A DNA stretch of 64,000 nucleotides from Ignavibacteriales bacterium (GTDB lineage: Bacteria > Bacillota > Clostridia > Acetivibrionales > UBA4821): contig JBLNBO010000022.1 in assembly GCA_050260055.1 (NCBI GenBank), positions 207,365-271,364 of the forward strand, written 5' to 3'. Positions 7,320-14,739 of the stretch are shown here, one piece after another. The first letter of the stretch is position 1, and each line of letters begins with the position of its first letter. The notes under the pieces were generated by a model. It did not search any database. It worked only from the letters and a program-made list of their open reading frames with translations, and was not told the DNA's origin. The translations under genes and the position numbers were made by a program.

Positions 7320-10300
7320 TTATTTTTCATAAGCTGGGACAGAAGGGTTTCTTTGTTCGGTTTTATCTTTAGTGTCTTTTGCTTTTTCAATATATAAAGA
7401 CTTTGCTACTTCACTCAAACTTGAAAAGCTTTTGCCGCCTTTCTCTTCTACTATAGCTGCTATTTCTTGATAGGAAGTTTTTTGTTCTTCGGTTAGAGGC
7501 CTATCGCTTAAATAACAGAAGAGTGTCCGATCGGGTCTTTTACAAGCATCATCTATAACCTCTGCATACGAATAATATCCTTGAGCCTTCTCGGTAACGG
7601 CATATAAAACATTACTGCAAACTTCCCGCTGTTTTATTTCTTCTTGCATACATTCTGGTGTCCAATCAGCAACAACAGGATTATAGTATTCAATATTTAC
7701 ACCAAGATACTCGCTGATTTTTCCTAGCATCGGGGTAAAATCTTCTTCTCTCCACATATCATTATTACATGTTCCGCCAAGGAATAATCGGTTCTCTTTT
7801 TGAACAGATTTTTGTGCCCTTAGATGCATATCTGTCGGCGGATTTGGATTTTCTAATATGTATTGTTCTTTTTTCTGCTCAGAAGAAAAAGCTTTGCCCC
7901 CATTACTTTCAATCATTTTTGCAACTTGTTTTATTGATTTTAATATATGTGGTTCTTTGCCTGCATAGCTTTCTTCATCGAAATAAAATATAGTATTATC
8001 AGGGTTTTCATTGCTTGACCTTACTGCATTAACAACCGCCATAATTGCTTCGTGCTCACCCATACTGCTGTTAAGTGAGAAGGTGCTATAGGGCTGAAGG
8101 GCCTGCTTACCTATATTGGGCAAATATTCTTTAATCTTTTCGGAAAATATCTCTGGGTGCTTGTCATATAATTTTACAAGTAATTCTTCAGCTGTTCCAA
8201 AGTCATATCCTTCCCCAGCTAATATCTCAGATTTATCAGTTGATGCACCTGCAGGGCCGTTCATAAGGCTTATTCCTATATCATTCATATTATGTGCACG
8301 TTGAATCATGTCTCTTACAACGCCGCCACCACCGATTGCTACCATTTCGCCATCTCTTTCCTGTACAAAGGATAGAACTGCATCCGGCAAATCATACCAG
8401 GTGTTAGCAATACGGCCGTCTAGGGTCAATATTTGCGCATGTGTAATTGTATCTTTTTCAACATCATTTGTTGCATCATTCGCAGCTTCTTGTGTAAAAG
8501 TACCTAGAACAACCAATTGATTATTTGAAGATTTATTTCTTTCGTTAGCTGCTTGATGTAATTCTTTCTCAACTCCATGGTTAGTTCCGCCTGTTACAAA
8601 GTATGCTTTTTCCGGATTAACCACATCAACCAATACACGCATCAATTCTGTAATTTGCTGTTGATGTTCTGTAGAAATATTGGGCCAGCTGCTTTTTGAT
8701 GCCCCTGTTATTAAAATCGGTAGTTTATCATGTATTGCTTCTTCAATCTTATATGGTTCTGTAATAGCGTTTGTATGTTCAATTTTCGATGCTAAGTAAC
8801 GATGCAATTCTTCCAATTCTTTTTTATGCATTTGCTCAACTTCTTGCGTATAAACAGGATTTCCATTTTTATATACTGTAGAACTAAAGACATCTCTTAA
8901 TGTTTTACCTTGGGAAAGTTCATTTTGTAATGACGCTTCTTTTTCTGAGAATCTTTTGTCTGCAAGCGCAATAATTTCTTGCTCTTTTTTATCAATTGCT
9001 CCAAAATCACTAACGCCTGCGGTATTTGCTAATAAGGCTTCAACTTCTCCAGAAGTACCATATATGCCAAATCCGTCTGAGCCTAGTACAACGTCTACTC
9101 CTGTTTCCAAATATTTTTGTATAGGAACATCCTGAATATTATTTATATTGTTTAAGCTTAGATTTGAACTCATATTGAATTCAATGACTGCTCCAAGTTC
9201 ACCGGCTAATGCTAGTGTTTCTTCATCTACTCCGTAAAGGCCATGCCCGATTCGAATACGAGGAATCTTTACTGAATCGTTTGTTTTCTTCTTCTCTTCA
9301 TAAGCCTGTTTAATGGTTAATAATGTTGTTTTAACATTATCCTGAAATATTGGGTTTTCTCCAGCATGAACTCTGATTACGAAATCTGGGTCATTTTCCA
9401 TAGCCCATTCAGCTAAACTGGTAATTTCGCCTGCAAAACTTTCTGTTGGATTGGTCTCGTGGCCCATAAAATCACAGCCAACAACATAAGGACTTTGAGC
9501 AACAGTTTTTATTCTATCTACTTCATCAGCATTCCATTCCTTGTCTGAATGCCTCCATAAAGCTGCTAAAAAACGTACTTTAACTCCTATTTGAGCTTCA
9601 ATTTCCGGCATTTTTTTATGAATCGTTTCTAAATAGTCTAAATCACTTATTATTGCAGAATGTGATAGCTCGACGTATTTCGTCCCATTTTCTGCATAAG
9701 CCTTTGCAATCTCCATTAAAGAGTCTTCAAACAGTTCTTTATTTTTTGTGAACGGACCTCTTGCCGTATATACCTCTTCCATTTTATTAAATGTTTCTTG
9801 TTTACAGGTTGATATTGATAACCTTTCAGTTAATATTCTTTTTGCCTCTTCATCTTCCATTAATTCAGATAAAGGAATCTTTTCATCTCCTGTTTTACTA
9901 AATTTACTTATATCAATACCAAACTTCTGTAAATCTCTTGCAGGATAATTGATATTATGTTTTAATCCTAATTCAATTAATTTATCAGTTGGTAATACGC
10001 CTGCAAAGTGGGTGTGCAAATCGGTTTGTGGTACAAAAGAAGGCTTTTGGCTGCGGTCAAACGGTACTCCGTTTGTATTTTTCCCTTGGGCAAGTAATCT
10101 GGTCTCAAAAGATGTCAACTTATTAACACTTGACCAACTTCTCTCATCTGGAGAAATTCTGGCAAATAGCTGAGAACCAATATAGAAACCATAAAGGCCG
10201 GGCTGGTCTAATTTCTCAATATGTATAATCTTTTTTAAGTTAGACTGCAGATTTTCTGCTCTCGCACTTTTTTCTAAAGATTCAAGTACATAACTTATTT

Positions 10301-10370
10301 GTCCTTCGGAGGAAAAATTAAAATCAAGCATTAAATTTTTTGCATAATCTAAAAAACTGTTTTCATCCAT
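7320..10370 (-). CDS. Multidomain protein: adenosine/AMP deaminase + SLOG + degenerate and intact nucleoside 2-deoxyribosyltransferase-like domains
   Basis: DLHTH, GHE, HAGE, RIGHG, SN, GSDG (ADA metal/catalytic set); ITGAS, VTGGTNHGV, IGGGG (SLOG); LFLGGTCN..WRE, YYNPVVADW, YSYAE (NDT-like); RBS ggagg before ATG 10370. Confidence 0.8.
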   Translation of the reverse strand: MDENSFLDYAKNLMLDFNFSSEGQISYVLESLEKSARAENLQSNLKKIIHIEKLDQPGLYGFYIGSQLFARISPDERSWSSVNKLTSFETRLLAQGKNTNGVPFDRSQKPSFVPQTDLHTHFAGVLPTDKLIELGLKHNINYPARDLQKFGIDISKFSKTGDEKIPLSELMEDEEAKRILTERLSISTCKQETFNKMEEVYTARGPFTKNKELFEDSLMEIAKAYAENGTKYVELSHSAIISDLDYLETIHKKMPEIEAQIGVKVRFLAALWRHSDKEWNADEVDRIKTVAQSPYVVGCDFMGHETNPTESFAGEITSLAEWAMENDPDFVIRVHAGENPIFQDNVKTTLLTIKQAYEEKKKTNDSVKIPRIRIGHGLYGVDEETLALAGELGAVIEFNMSSNLSLNNINNIQDVPIQKYLETGVDVVLGSDGFGIYGTSGEVEALLANTAGVSDFGAIDKKEQEIIALADKRFSEKEASLQNELSQGKTLRDVFSSTVYKNGNPVYTQEVEQMHKKELEELHRYLASKIEHTNAITEPYKIEEAIHDKLPILITGASKSSWPNISTEHQQQITELMRVLVDVVNPEKAYFVTGGTNHGVEKELHQAANERNKSSNNQLVVLGTFTQEAANDATNDVEKDTITHAQILTLDGRIANTWYDLPDAVLSFVQERDGEMVAIGGGGVVRDMIQRAHNMNDIGISLMNGPAGASTDKSEILAGEGYDFGTAEELLVKLYDKHPEIFSEKIKEYLPNIGKQALQPYSTFSLNSSMGEHEAIMAVVNAVRSSNENPDNTIFYFDEESYAGKEPHILKSIKQVAKMIESNGGKAFSSEQKKEQYILENPNPPTDMHLRAQKSVQKENRLFLGGTCNNDMWREEDFTPMLGKISEYLGVNIEYYNPVVADWTPECMQEEIKQREVCSNVLYAVTEKAQGYYSYAEVIDDACKRPDRTLFCYLSDRPLTEEQKTSYQEIAAIVEEKGGKSFSSLSEVAKSLYIEKAKDTKDKTEQRNPSVPAYEK

Positions 10371-10620
10371 AACTGCGCCTCCAATTAATATGTTTCTTAT
10401 CATGAACAAATAATTAGTTTAGTATTTATCTAATTGCTTATGTAATTGAGTTATTTTTTATAAATGCTTTTCAATAATAATTATATCATATTTTTGGAGA
10501 AACTACTATTTATTGAAAAATACAGGTAGTTTGTTGACAGGCAACTGCTTGTGAAAATTGACAAAATATGATAAAATAATAATAAAGTATGAACCTGTAA
10601 ATTATAAGGGGGTCGTGACA

Positions 10621-11289
10621 ATGGCAAATGATTTTAAAAAGGTTGATAATATTTTAGGGTATGTTTCTGAAGGCATTAGTAATGGAACATTTACAGTTGA
10701 TGAAGTCGCAAAATTTGCTAGAATAAGTGCTGTACAAGGTGAGGTAGGGCAGGAAGTTGTCACAAAAATGGCAAATGGGTTAGAAGAAACCAGAAACACG
10801 GTAAAACTTGATGAAAAAACAGGACAGCCTGGTTGGATTGTAACCAATCCTGGTGGAGAACAGTATATTGTTGAGGATTCAGTCTTTGCCAAAAAATATG
10901 AATTAGACCCCGAAAATAATAGTCAATATAAGCCCAAGGGAGGACCTGCGTTAGCAACACAAATAAACGAGGATATAACTTTTGAGGCTCCTTGGGGTGG
11001 AGATATGAATATAGCTGCTGGCGGATACTTAGTTCTTGGGGGAAAAAATGATATTTATGGGATTCAAGAACAGGAATTTAACGATACATATAAGCCAACA
11101 GGTAAATCTAATCAGCAGTCATTAGAAGAAGCAAAAAAATTATTGGGAATTGAACAGGATAAAATTAAAGTTGCAGATATTCAAGAAGCAGTAGAGGGCG
11201 TTAAGCCAGGTAAGACTATGAGTCAACTGCTTGACAATGCTGAGAAGAAGGAAAAGCAAGCTGGGAAGGATGAAATTGGTGACCGATAG
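10621..11289 (+). CDS. PGDYG-domain-like protein with charged C-terminal tail
   Basis: Duplicated motif GWIVTNPGGEQYIV....FAKKYE / APWGG.M...AGGYLV.....DIYGI....FNDTY; RBS aaggggg before ATG 10621. Confidence 0.65.
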   Translation: MANDFKKVDNILGYVSEGISNGTFTVDEVAKFARISAVQGEVGQEVVTKMANGLEETRNTVKLDEKTGQPGWIVTNPGGEQYIVEDSVFAKKYELDPENNSQYKPKGGPALATQINEDITFEAPWGGDMNIAAGGYLVLGGKNDIYGIQEQEFNDTYKPTGKSNQQSLEEAKKLLGIEQDKIKVADIQEAVEGVKPGKTMSQLLDNAEKKEKQAGKDEIGDR

Positions 11290-11303
11290 GGGAGGCAGCT
11301 TTT

Positions 11304-11546
11304 ATGAATAATGATTACAAGGAAGCTGTTAGTGAAGTTAATCAAATAATTATGCTTATGTCAGAAGAAGACAGAGAAAAGATTCCTCTCAGTTTTAGAG
11401 AATTCATTAAATCTGAGGCTAAGCCTTACTATGGCAAAAAAATAGTAGCCAATATTCCTCTAAAAGATCAAAATATTTCTGAGGGAGCAAAGGAAATATT
11501 ATATTTTATCTCCAAGAAGTTTTTTGGTCAAAATAATAAAAAATAA
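11304..11546 (+). CDS. Small helical hypothetical protein, closely coupled to the PGDYG gene
   Basis: RBS ggggagg 14 nt after upstream stop; 80 aa. Confidence 0.75.
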   Translation: MNNDYKEAVSEVNQIIMLMSEEDREKIPLSFREFIKSEAKPYYGKKIVANIPLKDQNISEGAKEILYFISKKFFGQNNKK

Positions 11547-11585
11547 TTATCATCATATATCTTTAAAAAGATTATATTTATAAAG

Positions 11586-11621
11586 AAGGCTGAAAACAAC
11601 AAAAATGGTTTTCAGCCTTTT
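11586..11621 (+). terminator. Intrinsic terminator
   Basis: aaggctgaaaac...gttttcagcctttt. Confidence 0.7.
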
Positions 11622-12015
11622 ATTCATATAAATAAATATTAAAATATCAAATAAGTTAGAAATAGCTTATGAAATATTTCGATTAATTATTGATGTTATT
11701 ATAAACTAAACAATAGATTTCATTATCATGATAGGCTTTGCAAGTATATTCAAAAATGATGGTTCAAATTATATGTATTCAACCCCGCTTTTCTGTGGTA
11801 TACTATTAACTGTTGAGGCAGATATGGATTATAAATCCATATTACGGGTAGAATAATTACTATTGAAACTTGTTCGGAAAACATTAATAGTAATTTAAAC
11901 AGAGAAAATGAAAAGGCTTTTGTTTTTGTACCTAAAAATAGGCCAAAAAGCTTTATTTGCGTGTTTTTATTTACTTATGCCTTGAAACCCAAAAAATAAT
12001 ATTGGAGGTATAAAA

Positions 12016-13683
12016 GTGGTTTCAAAGAAAAACAAACTAAAGATAATTCCTATTGGTGGACTAAATGAAATAGGAAAGAATATGACTGTATTTGAGTATG
12101 GAAATGACATAATTGTAGTTGATTGCGGGTTAGCTTTCCCCGAAGACGATATGCTTGGAATTGATTTGGTTATTCCTGATACGGCATATCTAGAAAAGAA
12201 TATTGCTAAAATTCGTGGGATAATTATTACCCATGGACATGAGGATCATATTGGTGCACTTCCTTATATACTGAAAAACCTAAACGTACCTGTTTACGGT
12301 ACAAGACTTACCATGGGACTAATAGAATATAAGCTGGAAGAGCACGCTATGATATCAACCGTTAAGCTTAATACTATAAAACCAGGAGATATCGTAGACT
12401 TAGGGGTATTTAAGGTTGAATTCATTCGCTCGAATCATAGTATTGCAGATGCTGTCGCATTAGCAATTAACACACCTATGGGTGTGGTTATTCATACGGG
12501 AGATTTTAAGATTGATTACACCCCGATAGATGGAGATGTAATTGATTTGGCACGTTTTGCTGAACTGGGGAGTGAAGGGGTTCTTGCCATGCTTGCAGAT
12601 AGTACCAATGTTGAGAGGCCTGGCTATACAATGTCTGAAAGTACTGTGGGTGATTCGTTTGATGAGCTGTTTATAAATTGTGATAAACGAATAATAGTTG
12701 CTACCTTTGCGACCAATATTCATAGGGTTCAGCAGATTATAAATTCAGCAGAAAAATTTGATAGGAAGATTGCAATTTGCGGCAGGAGCATGGTAAATGT
12801 TGTTAATGTTGCCATGAGGCTGGGATATATGAATATTCCTGAAGGTATGCTTATTGATGTAGATGCTATTGATAGATATAAACCCAACCAGCTTGTCATT
12901 ATTACAACTGGAAGTCAGGGTGAGCCAATGTCTGCGCTTTCAAGGATTGCGTCTTCAGACCATAAAAAGATTGAGATAATGCCTGGAGATAGAGTAATAA
13001 TCTCTGCTTCGCCCATACCAGGAAATGAGAAGCTTATCTCAAGAGTAATCAATGAATTGTTCAAAAGGGGAGCAGATGTAATATATCACGGAATTATGGA
13101 TATCCATGTATCTGGGCACGCATGTCAGGAAGAACTTAAGCTAATACACACACTTGTAAAGCCTAAATATTTTATTCCTGTTCACGGAGAATACAGGCAC
13201 CTAAGACAGCATGCATTGCTTGCAGAAAAGCTTGGAATGGATTCGGAAAACATCTTCTTAATGAACAATGGGAAAGTTCTTGAATTAGGATTGGATAAAG
13301 CCCGCATAAATGGAAGCGTAACGGCGGGAAGGGTTCTTGTAGACGGATTAGGAGTCGGTGATGTTGGGAATATTGTGCTTAGAGACAGAAAGCACCTTGC
13401 ACAAGATGGACTGATAGTTATTGTTGTAACAATAGATAAAGAAAAAGGTGTAGTTATTGCTGGACCTGATATAATCTCAAGAGGTTTTGTATATGTTAGA
13501 GAATCAGAAAACCTTATTGAAGAAATAAGGGTTGTAGTAAAAGCTAAGCTCAGAGAATGTGAAGCTAAAAAGGTTACTGATTGGACTACTATCAAGAATG
13601 CAGTTAAAGAGGGGCTTAGAAACTTCCTTTATGAAAAGACTAAGAGGAGTCCGATGATACTACCCATAATAATGGAGATATAG
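12016..13683 (+). CDS. rnj: Ribonuclease J
   Basis: GGLNEIGKNM, THGHEDHIG metallo-beta-lactamase motif, HVSGH, PVHGE. Confidence 0.97.
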   Translation: MVSKKNKLKIIPIGGLNEIGKNMTVFEYGNDIIVVDCGLAFPEDDMLGIDLVIPDTAYLEKNIAKIRGIIITHGHEDHIGALPYILKNLNVPVYGTRLTMGLIEYKLEEHAMISTVKLNTIKPGDIVDLGVFKVEFIRSNHSIADAVALAINTPMGVVIHTGDFKIDYTPIDGDVIDLARFAELGSEGVLAMLADSTNVERPGYTMSESTVGDSFDELFINCDKRIIVATFATNIHRVQQIINSAEKFDRKIAICGRSMVNVVNVAMRLGYMNIPEGMLIDVDAIDRYKPNQLVIITTGSQGEPMSALSRIASSDHKKIEIMPGDRVIISASPIPGNEKLISRVINELFKRGADVIYHGIMDIHVSGHACQEELKLIHTLVKPKYFIPVHGEYRHLRQHALLAEKLGMDSENIFLMNNGKVLELGLDKARINGSVTAGRVLVDGLGVGDVGNIVLRDRKHLAQDGLIVIVVTIDKEKGVVIAGPDIISRGFVYVRESENLIEEIRVVVKAKLRECEAKKVTDWTTIKNAVKEGLRNFLYEKTKRSPMILPIIMEI

Positions 13684-13689
13684 GTCATA

Positions 13690-13725
13690 GAAATCCGATT
13701 TTGATTAATCAAAATCGGATTTTTT
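13690..13725 (+). terminator. Intrinsic terminator
   Basis: aaatccgattttgat-ta-atcaaaatcggattttt. Confidence 0.8.
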
Positions 13726-13748
13726 GTATGTATAACTCATTATTTTCG

Positions 13749-14317
13749 GGTTGCGCTAAAGTTATATCTCAAAAGAGGTAACCTAAGGTTCCTCTTTTGG
13801 AATCTCCTCCTCTAGCCCCCAAATTCTTATCAAATAGCTTCTATGATTTTGCTACATTCATTCTCGCCGTCGTATCAGGACTCCCATCCATGATCGCTGA
13901 TACTAGATTTTGCATCGTGCAAAATCTACGGCTTCATTCACTCCGCTAATCAAAAAGCTCTAATGCCAAGAATTTAATCAGGGCTGAAAACCAAAAATCT
14001 TCTTGCTCGCTTATGTAACTGTTGTGAAAAATATTCGTGATGCTCTCGATGAAGATAACTGACGACGCGGGAAAATGAACATGGATGTTCATTTTAGGCG
14101 CAATGAGTCATGGATGCGAATCTTGTGCCGACCGCCAAAGGAAGTTTTAGAATCGTTAAGAGTATAGAACATTTTTCAGTAAACCGATAACAGCCACCAC
14201 GGCGAGTGGCGACTTTTCCGCCGGTTTTGGTCGTTCAAAAGCGGTAAATAAGTTTTTTTGTTTAAGAAGAGGAATTTGTTCGAGGCTCATTTTTTGAAAA
14301 GTAACTTTAGAGCAACC
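13749..14317. mobile_element. MITE/BIME-like non-coding composite element with 16-bp terminal inverted repeats
   Basis: ggttgcgctaaagtta (13749-13764) and taactttagagcaacc (14302-14317), 1 mismatch; internal large hairpins; module shared with 33461-33520. Confidence 0.6.
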
Positions 14318-14739
14318 TAATTGTATTTTGTAAAAATGCACTTTTCACAACGTGTAAAACGTTACACCGATAAAGTCATTCAACTTTTTAAAACTAGTTT
14401 AATATAATGATTGCAAGAAAACTTTTATAGGATTATTGTAAATGGCTGAAATAAATAACTCTATCTTTGGGGATAAATGCAAAAACTTAAGTGCACTTGT
14501 TGAATTAAATTGGGAAGATGAATGTGGAAGAGTAATCTGCTTTGATTTTCCAATAAGTCTTGATGTCTTTGTAATAGCACTTATTCTTGCTGAAGTTGAG
14601 AGGCAGGACAAAGGAGGATAACCCTCAAGTGCCAAATATTGCTCTTTGTTTTTTAGTGTGTTATAATGCATTCCATAAGTTTTGGAATGCATTAACTTTT
14701 TTATAATATAAATCAATTTGATGAGAGGTGTTGTTCGCT

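Noticed and set aside
7320-10370. Calling the deaminase locus RADAR or Kongming
   Set aside because: The required partners (RdrA AAA+ ATPase; HAM1 and Sir2 proteins) are absent and the domain architecture differs.
14399-14716. Short ORFs upstream of leuS (105 aa on minus; ~59 aa on plus from 14442)
   Set aside because: No convincing RBS or recognisable motif, so neither can be supported as a gene.
14320-14739. T-box leaders for leuS (also checked before cysE-cysS and metG)
   Set aside because: No TGGNACC T-box or specifier stem found in these leaders.
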